Shown: positions 34,384 to 44,516 of the stretch, in pieces | Numbering within the stretch: the first letter of the stretch is position 1 | Layout of the letters: every line of letters starts with the position of its first letter | From: Escherichia phage YX22 | Length of the DNA stretch: 64,000 nt | Sequence record: OR776998 | Strand: one strand, 5' to 3' | Program-made: the position numbers and the translations under genes | Notes under the pieces: generated by a model | Seen by the model: the letters and a program-made list of their open reading frames with translations, nothing else | What the model was told of the DNA's origin: nothing | Databases searched by the model: none

Positions 34384-35853
34384 GTTCAAGACATATTTGA
34401 TCAGTCCACAATTCCAAATCCTGACCAACCCGGCTTCGGTTGCTAATTGGCTTTCTGTTTTGCCTTCTACGTCATACCCCATGCGAGCAAATGAACCTTT
34501 TCTGAAACCGAATTTGTGCTCACGCATAAATGTGCCAGGCTTGTGATATTTGTAGTCTGGCTTCTGTACTTCCTCTTCTACGAATCCGTGGGATAGGTAA
34601 ATGTTGGACAACCTGCTTACAACACACCTATCCCCAAAGGAATAGATTTTGGTGCCGGTAAATTTTCTTCTGAAGTGTGAAAGAAGTTTACTGAATGCCC
34701 CGTGGCAATCATTAGAGGCAAATCTGACTAATTCCAGGCCATCTTTCCTTTTAGTGAATAGCATCACGGCTTGTATGGCCCCACTCTTGTCAATTAACGA
34801 CAAATGGTGGGTGGAAGAAACGGAACCTTGTATGTGGTGGTTGTCTAAAAACTCCCTCAAGCCGCTTATATTTCCCCAAACGACTTTGTGTTGGCGAGCA
34901 TATGACGCAGGCGTTTTAATTCCAAGTTTAGCTTTCAGAAGAGATTTTACCACTTCCTGTTTCTCAACCCATTCATCTTCCCAGATGTGGATCAACTGGA
35001 TACCCTGAGTTTCACATATTTCAGTCTTTTCCAGGTGATAATGTTTCTCTTTAAAAACTTCTGAATGCCAGTACAGGCCATTAAATTCAATCGCCAATTT
35101 GTGTTCAGGGCAATAGATATCCAGTTGTTTACCGGATAATATACTGTAATCAGAAACAGTGTTTACAACTCCCATTGATGTGAGAAACTCGGATATTTCC
35201 TTTTCATAAGAAGATTTCTTGTTCCTGATAGAACCATTGCTGAACAACGCACGTTTTAGTATGTTCGAATTTTTCATAGGGTTGTCAACACCATAACGTT
35301 CTTGTAACGTTGCCAACGCCTTCTCCCTCACACCAGGTAATTGTAGTGTGGAGCAGCTTCCGTATTTGGATATATTCGAAGTCTCTATGGCTTTCCGACC
35401 AATCCCACCTTTACACATAGAAACCTGATAACATTCTTCAGAACAATATGTTCTGTAATCTTTATTATTGATGTAAAAGTTGGTTTCCTTGGAACACACC
35501 GGGCATATTTTCACGGTTCTATTGTACAGCCAAGCTGTGACTTTACAAGCCAAATCTTGTAGGGTGTTGTGGGTATTGGCGAACACTAAAAGGTCTACAT
35601 TGATGTGCTTCATAAGCAGTTCAGATTTGCATTTTTGGATATCCAATTTGTTGTTCTTGGTAAACATATATTTGTAGAAAAATTGGCGATATGATTCCTC
35701 GTCAGACAATTCATTCACTGCTTCAAGGAAACCTTCCGGGAGGTTCTTTAGGGTGTTCGATGCGAAGGTCTTGCAAGCATCTGAACAAAATTTCTTATCT
35801 TTCCTGGATGCTTTGAACTGTTCATGGCAGACACTACAGATTACCTGATACAT
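34381..35853 (-). CDS. Putative homing endonuclease with Vsr-like PD-(D/E)XK domain and N-terminal zinc fingers
   Basis: ATG at 35853 with SD GGAGGAG; N-terminal CxxC...CxxC pairs (CSVCHEQ...CSDACK; CPVCSKE...CSEECY); central DIYCPEHKLAIEFNGLYWHSE resembles the Vsr/DUF559 motif (FVDGCFWH); inserted just downstream of gp23. Confidence 0.55.
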   Translation of the reverse strand: MYQVICSVCHEQFKASRKDKKFCSDACKTFASNTLKNLPEGFLEAVNELSDEESYRQFFYKYMFTKNNKLDIQKCKSELLMKHINVDLLVFANTHNTLQDLACKVTAWLYNRTVKICPVCSKETNFYINNKDYRTYCSEECYQVSMCKGGIGRKAIETSNISKYGSCSTLQLPGVREKALATLQERYGVDNPMKNSNILKRALFSNGSIRNKKSSYEKEISEFLTSMGVVNTVSDYSILSGKQLDIYCPEHKLAIEFNGLYWHSEVFKEKHYHLEKTEICETQGIQLIHIWEDEWVEKQEVVKSLLKAKLGIKTPASYARQHKVVWGNISGLREFLDNHHIQGSVSSTHHLSLIDKSGAIQAVMLFTKRKDGLELVRFASNDCHGAFSKLLSHFRRKFTGTKIYSFGDRCVVSRLSNIYLSHGFVEEEVQKPDYKYHKPGTFMREHKFGFRKGSFARMGYDVEGKTESQLATEAGLVRIWNCGLIKYVLN

Positions 35854-35900
35854 AATTATTCTCCTCCATATGGTATCTAGTATAACCTGTTCGATAATAT

Positions 35901-35930
35901 GAACAAATAAAAACCCCGCCGAAGCGGGGT
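35901..35930 (-). terminator. Rho-independent terminator after gp23
   Basis: Minus strand: ACCCCGC-ttcg-GCGGGGT followed by TTTTATTTG. Confidence 0.7.
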
Positions 35931-35957
35931 TTGTCAGGGTTAAGGACAACTATTCGA

Positions 35958-37280
35958 TTAGAAAAGTCCTTTAATTAACCCTTTGCGGAAATACACGTTG
36001 GTGTCCTTGGCGATACCATCCGCAGTCACATAGACCTGTGGATCCTGGTTCGCTGGGATCTGAACGAATGGGTTAGCACAAATCCCGTAGCGGGTCTTGA
36101 ACGCCATACGTGGTGCGAAGGTGGTTTCACCCTGGGTGCGGTACATTTCCAGCGGTACATACGGTGCGAAGAAGATACCAGCATCCAGCGCGGTTGCGCC
36201 TTTGTATGCCAGGGTGATGTATTCTGCTACTGCATACGGGTCGATGTAGACACGCATACCGTTAGACAGCACACCAGCGAAGGTCTGGCCAGTCGGATCA
36301 ATCGCCAGCTTGGTGTTTTCCTGCAGCGCCGGAGCATAATCCAGCATGCCGGACATCGCCAGAGCGGATGCTACGTTCGGGGAGCACAGAACACGGTTGC
36401 CTTTACCACGACGGGTGTCAACACCGATGCCGTTCGCTTCGACTTCCAGCATGAAAGTCATGTACTTCCATTTTTCCAGCGCCCAACGACCGGAGATGTC
36501 AGTGGAGATATCTACGATACCGTTGGTGCCGAATTTTTTGAAGCGTACTGCGCTGAAGTTCATGGTGCGGATAAACTCACGGTTCATCTCTGCCTGAATT
36601 TCAGTTACCATCACGTCGGACAGGATGCTGTCAACGTCTTCGCCGTGGATCGCCATCATGTCCTGGCGCAGTTCGTGGCTGTAGTCAGCGTACAGGCCGC
36701 GAGACTTCGCAGTCACGGTTGCTTTCTGAACGGTGATACCAACACGTGCCCATGGGTTGGTGGTGGTGCCCAGCAGTTCAGCGTCGGAGGTTGACATGCC
36801 TTTACCGATGGTGGTGGTAGCAGCGCCGGAACCTTCGATTTCAGTCTGGGAGAAGCCAGATGGGTCGCCAGCCTGTGCAGTATCGTCACCGGAGTAACCG
36901 GAGTTGGCTTCGTTCATGAACAGCTCAGCGCGGGACTGGGCAGTGTTGGAGCCGTCTGCAACGCCCTGGCGAGCACGCAGTGCGAAGATCTGACCGTCAG
37001 GACCAGACAGCGGCTGAACGCCGAAGAAGTCCATCGCGATGTTGACCGGAGCCAGACGTTTGGCCATGTCGATCAGGACTGGCTGCCATTTGCCCACAGA
37101 GGCGTTCACGGAGCCAGGAGCGTCGGATTCGCCCAGGTTTTTGGCGTTCCACTCAGCCTGGTTTTGCAGCAGACGGACGGCAACGTTTTCGGCAGAAAGC
37201 GGCTGGATGCTTTCAGATTCTTTCTGAAGAACTGGCAGCCACTGCTCGCGCATTTGTTCGGTAACAAGTTTCTTAGCCAT
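35958..37280 (-). CDS. 23: Major capsid protein gp23
   Basis: ATG at 37280 (MAKKLVTEQMREQWLPVL...), 440 aa; position downstream of the scaffold and protease genes as in T4; size and composition fit a T4-type capsid protein. Confidence 0.85.
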   Translation of the reverse strand: MAKKLVTEQMREQWLPVLQKESESIQPLSAENVAVRLLQNQAEWNAKNLGESDAPGSVNASVGKWQPVLIDMAKRLAPVNIAMDFFGVQPLSGPDGQIFALRARQGVADGSNTAQSRAELFMNEANSGYSGDDTAQAGDPSGFSQTEIEGSGAATTTIGKGMSTSDAELLGTTTNPWARVGITVQKATVTAKSRGLYADYSHELRQDMMAIHGEDVDSILSDVMVTEIQAEMNREFIRTMNFSAVRFKKFGTNGIVDISTDISGRWALEKWKYMTFMLEVEANGIGVDTRRGKGNRVLCSPNVASALAMSGMLDYAPALQENTKLAIDPTGQTFAGVLSNGMRVYIDPYAVAEYITLAYKGATALDAGIFFAPYVPLEMYRTQGETTFAPRMAFKTRYGICANPFVQIPANQDPQVYVTADGIAKDTNVYFRKGLIKGLF

Positions 37281-37371
37281 GATGGTCATTCCTTACATTG
37301 ATATTCAGTTAAGTTGAAATTACTTAGTAGTTCAAAATCAAGCCCCCTTTCGAGGGCTGTGGCTGCTAAAA

Positions 37372-38223
37372 TTAGCCGTTGATGCCGAAGCGACGATTAT
37401 AGTCGGCCAACTGACGCTTGATAGATTCTTTCAGCTCTTTGTCTGTTTCATCTTCATCGTCATCTTCATCGCCTTCTTTCTTAGGCTTTTTGCCTTCGGC
37501 TTTAACATCTTTGTTGTCGTCATCGCCGTCTTTTCCGCCGACTTTGTCCTGGAAGTCATCGTCATCGTCATCGCCTTCTTTCTTCACGGACTTACCTTCT
37601 ACCAGGTTGCGGAAGGTGTGTACGCGGGAAGCGAATTCGCTTTCGGTGGTGAACTGCACCGCTTCCAGCAGATTGACAACCGTTGCTTTCTTGGTATCGA
37701 CCATACCTTCACAGATACGGGCGATCACAGAGTCACGCAGAGTCGCATTCGCGGCTTCTTTGATTTGACGGTTTTCGCTTTCAGCAGCCGCAGCGCGTTG
37801 TTCTGCTTCGGCCAGGCGGGCAGTCAACGCAGCGATCTGGCCGTTTTCGTCGGTGGCAAAGTTAATACCAGCTTCTTTCAGAACACCAGTCAGGCCAGTC
37901 AGCAGGTTTTCAGCCGCTTCACGTTTGATCTGAGCATCGATTGCAGGAGCGTTCTTGTTAGCCCACTCTTCTACAACAGCATTCAGGAAGCCATCGACTT
38001 TCGTCGCGATTTCCATCAAGTGAGACTCTTTCAGCTGAGCAATCTCAGCCTGATGAGCTTCAACCAGACGCAGGCGCTCAATATTGGCAGCGTTTTCGGT
38101 TTCTTGAATAGCGGTCAGGCGAGCGGCTTCTACTTTAGATTCCAGCAGACCAGACACTTTATCCAAGAAGTCGGTGCTGAGGCCGTTAACGCCCTCAAAC
38201 AGTTTTTGCAATTCAGGTTTCAT
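37372..38223 (-). CDS. 22: Prohead core scaffold protein gp22
   Basis: 283 aa, coiled-coil with a very acidic D/E/K-rich C-terminal stretch (KEGDDDDDDFQDK...); sits between gp21 and gp23. Confidence 0.8.
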   Translation of the reverse strand: MKPELQKLFEGVNGLSTDFLDKVSGLLESKVEAARLTAIQETENAANIERLRLVEAHQAEIAQLKESHLMEIATKVDGFLNAVVEEWANKNAPAIDAQIKREAAENLLTGLTGVLKEAGINFATDENGQIAALTARLAEAEQRAAAAESENRQIKEAANATLRDSVIARICEGMVDTKKATVVNLLEAVQFTTESEFASRVHTFRNLVEGKSVKKEGDDDDDDFQDKVGGKDGDDDNKDVKAEGKKPKKEGDEDDDEDETDKELKESIKRQLADYNRRFGING

Positions 38224-38250
38224 GATTGTTTCCTTCTGAACGATTTTCAG

Positions 38251-38258
38251 TATTTAGT
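38251..38258 (-). promoter_or_regulatory. Late-promoter-like element (CACTAAATACTG) upstream of gp22
   Basis: CTAAATA core about 28 nt upstream of the gp22 ATG. Confidence 0.4.
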
Positions 38259-38268
38259 GAGGCTGAAT

Positions 38269-38937
38269 TCAGCCCAGATGTTTCAATGCGATATCGAGGC
38301 GGCGCAGGAAGTCGTCTTCTAACTGAATATTGGTTTTCACCAATGAATCGACCACATGCCCCTTAATGTCCTTAGGAACCCAAATTCCTGAAGATTCATC
38401 AAGCTGCCATTCCACAGATTCGCTCACAGCCTTTACATAACAAACTTGTCCAGAAGGACGGTCGACTGCATCAACAGCAGTGAGCATAAAGCCGGGTTGA
38501 ACGTCATCATAGCCGTTCACTGACTTGGTCTCACCAAGGCCACGTGTAGACACGGCCAGGTTGAAGTCTGCTTCAGCCAGAGCACGAATGATCTGACCTT
38601 TCGGTGTATTCAGGATCCGCGCTCGACCGATAGCGTTGGTGCCTTCCCAGCGCAAAGATTCGGTTTTGAGTGCAGCGTGTTCGATATCGGGGAAAGGATA
38701 ATCCGGATGCTTGAGTTCACCGATTGCACGACGATCCTGGATATACTCTTTGTCGTATGCTTCGACAGCAGGGATACCCACCTTTTGGAGATCGTAGTTG
38801 CGACCATTACGGTTCACCTGGTTACACATCACGAATGGACCTTCGATGTACATGGCCTTGCCGCCAGTAGCCGTGGCCGCTTCACCAATCTGAAGGTCTT
38901 TCCCTATCGCAGTGATCTCACGCAACAGTTTCATCAT
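38269..38937 (-). CDS. 21: Prohead protease gp21
   Basis: 222 aa; position between the gp68-like and gp22 genes; T4 gp21 is about 212 aa. Confidence 0.75.
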   Translation of the reverse strand: MMKLLREITAIGKDLQIGEAATATGGKAMYIEGPFVMCNQVNRNGRNYDLQKVGIPAVEAYDKEYIQDRRAIGELKHPDYPFPDIEHAALKTESLRWEGTNAIGRARILNTPKGQIIRALAEADFNLAVSTRGLGETKSVNGYDDVQPGFMLTAVDAVDRPSGQVCYVKAVSESVEWQLDESSGIWVPKDIKGHVVDSLVKTNIQLEDDFLRRLDIALKHLG

Positions 38938-38944
38938 TCGCTCC

Positions 38945-39250
38945 TTAACTCAGCCCCATCATACGACGGAACTTCATTGCTTTTTTCTTACGACGCTCGA
39001 TTTTGCGCTGGTATCCCATACCCATGCGTTTCTTGGCTCGGATCGCCTTGCGGTTGCCCAGCTTGCGAGTACGGCGCTCACTGGCGACCATCACTTCACA
39101 ACGGGAACCATCCGCAGACAGTTTGAAACCAGGAGCACACTGCAGACGGCGACGGCGTTTGCCTTTTGCGTTCACCTTGTCAATGACTTTCTGCTCATCC
39201 ATGCGGGAAGCCAGGAAATCAGCGAACGTTGCAACTTCTTCGATTTCCAT
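38945..39250 (-). CDS. 68: Prohead core protein, gp68-like (highly basic)
   Basis: 101 aa, R/K-rich C-terminus; position 20-67-68-21 as in T4. Confidence 0.55.
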   Translation of the reverse strand: MEIEEVATFADFLASRMDEQKVIDKVNAKGKRRRRLQCAPGFKLSADGSRCEVMVASERRTRKLGNRKAIRAKKRMGMGYQRKIERRKKKAMKFRRMMGLS

Positions 39251-39262
39251 GATACATTCCTC

Positions 39263-39433
39263 TTACTGGTCGTCGCCGAAAGGACCCATGTCTTGGCTCA
39301 GGGAGTTCAAGACATATTCAGTACCCTGCTGGACCAGTTCTTGGGCGCGAGCGGATAGCTCCATTTCGCATTCAGCAGCAGCGGCATCAGTATCACCAGC
39401 GATGATTGCTTTTACCAGATCGATAGCGGCCAT
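39263..39433 (-). CDS. 67: Prohead core protein, gp67-like (small acidic)
   Basis: Internal ATG at 39433 (MAAIDLVKAIIAGDTDAAAAE...) with AGAGGA 7 nt upstream; about 56 aa. Confidence 0.5.
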   Translation of the reverse strand: MAAIDLVKAIIAGDTDAAAAECEMELSARAQELVQQGTEYVLNSLSQDMGPFGDDQ

Positions 39434-39470
39434 GTTCATATCCTCTAAATGTTTTCTATACTTAGTCGAA

Positions 39471-41165
39471 TTATTCTTCACCACCAGGAGGGTTAGTCGC
39501 TGGGATGACGTTAGGTCTGAATTTCAGTGGACTGACTTCCCCGCTGCCGAAGCCGCCGGACTCATCTGCCTGTACTTCAGGATATTTGCCTTCTTTCTTC
39601 TCTTTCGCGATCTTCTCTTGCTGGTCTTTGATGTCTTCATCAGACATGCGCAGCAGATTGCGTTGAGCAAAATCGATAGAGAAGAGAGTGCCGATATATG
39701 GTTCGATCTGACCGAGAGCCGCCATACGCTGCGACAAGATTTCGTTCTCTTGTTGTTCACGGATGAAGCTGTCAGAAGTGAATTCGAACTTGACGAACGG
39801 CTTGATCTTCTCATTCCAGTCAGCCTGGTCTGTAATGCCTTTTAATATCAGATGGCGACGCAGAAGTTCCAGGAAGATACCAGAAGAATAACGACGGCGC
39901 AGGCTCGCACAGAACTTGTTGAAGCGCAATTCTTCCTGCGTAATTTCAGCAAGATTGGAACCACCGATGTTGATGGAACCTTCCTCTTGCAGGCGGCTCT
40001 TAGGGATCATCAGAGCCTCGTAGAGTTTCTCGCGGAAGTATACCACATGATCCATTTGACCCAGTTGGTCGCCACCGCCTACGTTGGAGATCTCGGTTGC
40101 GTTCTGTCCTTCGCGACGTGGTAGCCAGTAGTCCTCAGCGATACCCATCAAATGAGTGTTACCAGCCACCTTACCAGTGGTGCGATCATACGCCAGACGG
40201 TTCTTGAATTTGCCCATCATGGCTTGCATGTATTCTTCGGCCGACTTCTTACCCAGCGTACCCACGTCGAGATAGAACGCTCGCTTCTCAGGAGCACGTG
40301 TGATCGCATAGATCACCGTTGCATCTTCAGTTGTAACAAGGTTGTTCAGGGGACGGATAGCTGGGTTCAGCAGGCTTGGTACAACCCCATTCGCCAGAGG
40401 CTCTTCACCACTGTCCAGATACACTATGCTCTCATCATCAAACACCAGCTCTTGCTGTGACGGTTGGAAGTTCTGAGACGTACCGGACTGGCCAGTGAAT
40501 TGGTTGCGGTTGTAGTTCGGGTTGTAGTAGTATTGAAGTTTTACGTCATTGATGACTTCGATACCGTCGCGCATCGCTTTTTGAACGATGTACACTGGGC
40601 GGATACAGCGTGAGTCCATCATGATGAGTTTGGCGATACCCGCTTTCTTGTTCTTCGGGTCCACTACAACGTGGAATGCCTGACGGCCTTCAATATACCA
40701 TTTGCGGATCTTCTGATACGCCGTGTTGTCAAAGTCAAGGAGATGCATGATCTCTTTGAATGCGTCAGTGATCTTCTCTTTGACTTCGTCTGTGATGCCA
40801 TCTACCTTTTCCAGGTTGATGGTTACAGGAGTCTCTTCCTCTTCACAGGTGACGATGTCGTTGACAATGATATCCACAGCTTTACGAATCTCAGGCTGCT
40901 GAGCCATAGACTGGTACTCTTCGACCAGCTGTTTGACGTTGAGCAACTCATTCTCAACACCAACGAAATTGAATGTGTTCGCGCCGCCCTGGAGGATGAT
41001 CGAGCCATCCTGAGAATCGTCCAGCGCAACAACAGTCGCTTTTGAAAGCAACTTCTCTTCTTGGTTCGTGACCATCTTGTCGGTATCAATCGGCGCTTCT
41101 ACTTTGCCGCCTCTACCGAACAGGCCGAAGAACCCATTTCCGAATGCACCATTTCCGAATGCCAT
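39471..41165 (-). CDS. 20: Portal vertex protein gp20
   Basis: 564 aa, ATG start; size and position (upstream of 67/68/21/22/23, downstream of 19) as in T4. Confidence 0.85.
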   Translation of the reverse strand: MAFGNGAFGNGFFGLFGRGGKVEAPIDTDKMVTNQEEKLLSKATVVALDDSQDGSIILQGGANTFNFVGVENELLNVKQLVEEYQSMAQQPEIRKAVDIIVNDIVTCEEEETPVTINLEKVDGITDEVKEKITDAFKEIMHLLDFDNTAYQKIRKWYIEGRQAFHVVVDPKNKKAGIAKLIMMDSRCIRPVYIVQKAMRDGIEVINDVKLQYYYNPNYNRNQFTGQSGTSQNFQPSQQELVFDDESIVYLDSGEEPLANGVVPSLLNPAIRPLNNLVTTEDATVIYAITRAPEKRAFYLDVGTLGKKSAEEYMQAMMGKFKNRLAYDRTTGKVAGNTHLMGIAEDYWLPRREGQNATEISNVGGGDQLGQMDHVVYFREKLYEALMIPKSRLQEEGSINIGGSNLAEITQEELRFNKFCASLRRRYSSGIFLELLRRHLILKGITDQADWNEKIKPFVKFEFTSDSFIREQQENEILSQRMAALGQIEPYIGTLFSIDFAQRNLLRMSDEDIKDQQEKIAKEKKEGKYPEVQADESGGFGSGEVSPLKFRPNVIPATNPPGGEE

Positions 41166-41199
41166 GATTAAGTCCTCAACATTTTCTTGTAATTAGTGA

Positions 41200-41217
41200 G
41201 GGGGAATAAGATCCCCC
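41200..41217 (-). other. Hairpin between gp19 and gp20 (GGGGGA/TCCCCC stem)
   Basis: Read directly; no strong T-run, so more likely an RNA structural element than a terminator. Confidence 0.35.
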
Positions 41218-41230
41218 AGCACTGAGGACA

Positions 41231-41764
41231 TTAGAGAGACTTGTCTGAGATGGCCTGGAAGTAACGCAGGTCAACAGTGAACTGAGTATAAGAGTCCATT
41301 GCAGACATGTCCAGTTCCAGCTGACCGAGGTTCTGAGGCCAGGTGCCCTGAAGGGTCCAGGTCTTGGTGACGTTGTCATTCGCATCCAGCAGTTCCATGA
41401 TTACATCACGGAAATAATCATCTGGGTTAGCAGACGCACGGTTGTTGTTGCTGCCGTTGATGTACTGCTGCCAGACTTCGAATGCGTTGTACGGGGCGTT
41501 GTCCACGACGTTGATGAACGTCACAGGCAGCGCCTCGAAACGACGGTCACCTGGGAATGGAAGTTCACGACCACCCCATGGGACGAGTATTTCTCCGAGC
41601 TGGCCTGTTGGGGTATTTGTGGTCACCGCCAACAGCGAAACATCACGGATAGTATCGCTTCCAGCCACGAAGGAAGGGAAGTTAACAGTCACACGCCAAC
41701 GGTGTTGGCGCTGAACGCCACCCCCGCGTGACATAGCTGCTCTGAATTCATTAACTGTAGCCAT
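41231..41764 (-). CDS. 19: Tail tube protein gp19
   Basis: 177 aa; size and position between sheath and portal genes as in T4. Confidence 0.8.
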   Translation of the reverse strand: MATVNEFRAAMSRGGGVQRQHRWRVTVNFPSFVAGSDTIRDVSLLAVTTNTPTGQLGEILVPWGGRELPFPGDRRFEALPVTFINVVDNAPYNAFEVWQQYINGSNNNRASANPDDYFRDVIMELLDANDNVTKTWTLQGTWPQNLGQLELDMSAMDSYTQFTVDLRYFQAISDKSL

Positions 41765-41784
41765 TATAGATTCTCCAGAAAGAG

Positions 41785-42498
41785 TTACACAATTCTAATT
41801 AGCTGCCAACCCGTCGTGTTCAAACGCTCTGCGGTCGCAGTTTTCCTATGATACACAGACGGTGGTGGAACTGGAATACCCTTGTCGATGTAATCATAGA
41901 GTGCTGAATATTTAAGTCCCAACCTCTCCACATATTCACGACAGTTCCCGTGGATTTCGTGTTCTTCACCGGAAGGAGATACCAATTTGAATCGCTTTGC
42001 ATGACCGTTGTTCTTGCCCTTTCTGATTCCAGTTTCAATGCATTTTCGACTAAATGATAATTTACCTTCTTCTTTCCATTCAACCCCGATCCGACAGCTA
42101 ATGATTTCTCCTGTTTTCCACCGTGGATCATCGCAATCAACTAAACCGAGATGTTCACCAGTAGAAGTCAAAACTGCTCCGTGTTTATTGGAAAATGTGG
42201 ACCCGTCTCCACCCCAGGTCTTGTTGTACCCTTTCTGAGTTGACATGTGGGTTCCGTGTTGCTTTATAAGAATGATTTCCAATTCTTTTAGATCTTCCAG
42301 GGATTTGGTCTGGGCTAACACTTGAACAGAAAAGGACTCTTCTCCGTACTTTCTTATTGCTTGGTGAATAAAGTAATCAGATCCCTTCTGAGCACTATTG
42401 CAGTGCTCCCACCACCTTTGCATAGGGTCTCTCGTCGTTATCCCAATATAGGCTTTCTGATTTACTAGATTTGTAATTTTGTAAACACTTCCGATCAT
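41785..42498 (-). CDS. GIY-YIG family homing endonuclease, free-standing between gp18 and gp19
   Basis: 237 aa; N-terminal SVYKITNLVNQKAYIGITTRD...RWWEH is a textbook GIY-YIG module; C-terminal basic region. Confidence 0.8.
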   Translation of the reverse strand: MIGSVYKITNLVNQKAYIGITTRDPMQRWWEHCNSAQKGSDYFIHQAIRKYGEESFSVQVLAQTKSLEDLKELEIILIKQHGTHMSTQKGYNKTWGGDGSTFSNKHGAVLTSTGEHLGLVDCDDPRWKTGEIISCRIGVEWKEEGKLSFSRKCIETGIRKGKNNGHAKRFKLVSPSGEEHEIHGNCREYVERLGLKYSALYDYIDKGIPVPPPSVYHRKTATAERLNTTGWQLIRIV

Positions 42499-42580
42499 TT
42501 CGATGCTCTCTCAGTAAAATCGTTCCATTTTAACCCGCGAGAGACCATTGAAATGCCCTCCGAAGAGGGCATGGGGTAAA

Positions 42581-44476
42581 TTAAGAAGCGGCTACGATAC
42601 CACCACCGGATTCGATCTCACTGAATTCCATGTCTGGACGCACGGAAGCAAAATCAAGATACACCCAATTTATACTGTATTCTGGTTTCAGCCAGATACC
42701 CGCGACCATGGTGTTGGCTGCGATAACATCAGCGGTGTTGTTGTCCTCGTCACACTTCACCATCCCGTCATAGATCGCGCCCATGTTGGCCAACTGGCGG
42801 ATATATGGGCGGACAGCGTTGCTGAACAACCCACGAGTGAATGCATCGTTGTTCTCACCAAGGTAGTATTTGGCGATGGCTGCGATGTTCTGCTCTGCCA
42901 TAATGAACAGACCACGAACGTTGATGCGGTCGAACGCAGATGGGCGGGTCAGACCAGTCTTGTCGCCGTACAACACGATGCCTTCGTTGGAGAAGGTGAC
43001 GATGCTGTTTATCTGGTTGCGATACAGCACAGCACGCTCATCAGAAGACGCAGACCACGCCATTCGATTATAGTTGTTGTATTTACCACGGTTGTGGAAC
43101 GCCGGAGATTTGTAGATACCCGCGATTTCAATGCTTCGCGCCCAAACACCTGCGGTGCCACCACAAGCCGGAATCCAACGCATTTTGTCGTTGTACTTGT
43201 CGTACACATACGCCCAGTTGTCATCCATGAAGAAGTAGGAGGAGTCGCGAACAAGGCTTTCACGCCAGGCCACAACATCATCCATCTCACGGCCACGGTT
43301 TCCGACGACCGTATCGCGAAGAGGAGACACGAAGGACACTGTGTCTTTACGCTCAGTGGACAGGTCGATCAGTGCCTGCTGCTCAATCAGTTCTTCACAG
43401 AAACCGAACACTGGCTTGGCATCATACGCTTCGGCGTTGTTCAGTGCCTGGATAGCCGCAACACGGTTCCCAGTGTAATCGTCTACACCACCTTCGAGTT
43501 CAATCACACCAGCAGCCAGGGTAGTGGCGAAGGTGTACACCCAATTTGAGTTGCCGTTGATCACGTCTTTGAAGTACGCATTGGATCCATCAGATTTCTT
43601 AGAACCCTGAGCGGTCTGCACCAGTTCATACTTCTCGATGATCGTACCGGAAGCACCAACAGTGGTGACGGCAGCGGTAGCAGTCAGACCATTCGCGTCT
43701 GGAACAATCGCAGTCGCAGCCTGAGGACCGATTGCTTTGTGAGTGACGGTGACGGTGTTGGACTTCACGACAACAGAAGAATACACGTCAGTCAGAGCCG
43801 TCAACGCAGTGCCGATTTTGGTCGCCAGGGTGGCCGGGGTGTCAGTGTCAGTGTACGCCACGTCTTCGCCAGCAACAGAGATTGAGCCTGCACCAGTAGC
43901 CGTACCGGATACAGAGATACGATCAACCTGACCAACAGCACCGGAAGAATCTGTGATGCGACCTACTTTGTCAACGATGGCGATATGGTACTCGCCATCC
44001 TGCGGAGCATATGCGAAGTTGTTACGGAATTCCCAGGTCGGGAACAGCGCAGCGTCACAGATGTTCACAGCAATGTCGTTACCCAGAGAGCCAGCATAGC
44101 GGCCTGTCCAGGTAATAGACGCAGATGGGGACGCAGTTTCGAAGTCTAGTTTGTTGCGGATAAGGATTGCAGTCTGACCTTTGGTTACAGCGTTGCGTGC
44201 CGCCGGACCGACCACACGGGTCACCCATGCAACAGAGCTGTAAGACAGGAAGTCAGCAATCACCAAGAAGTCGGTGGCAGTTGCATCGTTTGGCTTGAAG
44301 AATTTCTTCACCAGACCAGTTTCGCCACCAGTGACCAACACAGGGAGTTCTGCTTCACCCCATTGGAATTTGCCGACAGTCGCACCCTGAACAACAACGG
44401 ATGGAGACGTCTGAAGCGTGGCATCACGCTCAGTCCACTGTACGGACGGCGCAACGCTGAAGCTTTGAGTTGCCAT
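42581..44476 (-). CDS. 18: Tail sheath protein gp18
   Basis: Internal ATG at 44476 (MATQSFSVAPSVQW...); C-terminal motifs YDKYNDKMRW, VLYGDKTGLTRPSAFDRINVRGLF and NDAFTR match T4 gp18 (YDKYNDVNRW, VLYGDKTATSVPSPFDRINVRRLF, NNAFTR). Confidence 0.9.
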   Translation of the reverse strand: MATQSFSVAPSVQWTERDATLQTSPSVVVQGATVGKFQWGEAELPVLVTGGETGLVKKFFKPNDATATDFLVIADFLSYSSVAWVTRVVGPAARNAVTKGQTAILIRNKLDFETASPSASITWTGRYAGSLGNDIAVNICDAALFPTWEFRNNFAYAPQDGEYHIAIVDKVGRITDSSGAVGQVDRISVSGTATGAGSISVAGEDVAYTDTDTPATLATKIGTALTALTDVYSSVVVKSNTVTVTHKAIGPQAATAIVPDANGLTATAAVTTVGASGTIIEKYELVQTAQGSKKSDGSNAYFKDVINGNSNWVYTFATTLAAGVIELEGGVDDYTGNRVAAIQALNNAEAYDAKPVFGFCEELIEQQALIDLSTERKDTVSFVSPLRDTVVGNRGREMDDVVAWRESLVRDSSYFFMDDNWAYVYDKYNDKMRWIPACGGTAGVWARSIEIAGIYKSPAFHNRGKYNNYNRMAWSASSDERAVLYRNQINSIVTFSNEGIVLYGDKTGLTRPSAFDRINVRGLFIMAEQNIAAIAKYYLGENNDAFTRGLFSNAVRPYIRQLANMGAIYDGMVKCDEDNNTADVIAANTMVAGIWLKPEYSINWVYLDFASVRPDMEFSEIESGGGIVAAS

Positions 44477-44516
44477 AATCTTATTCCTTCTCTGTAGAGT
44501 TTCGCTCAATTTGAAA

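Noticed and set aside
39003-39845. 280-aa plus-strand ORF (and 38677-39358 neighbours)
   Set aside because: Antisense to the gp20 portal and gp67/gp68 genes; S/R-rich low-complexity translation.
42548-43549. 333-aa plus-strand ORF
   Set aside because: Antisense to the tail sheath gene gp18, which is supported by multiple T4-matching motifs.
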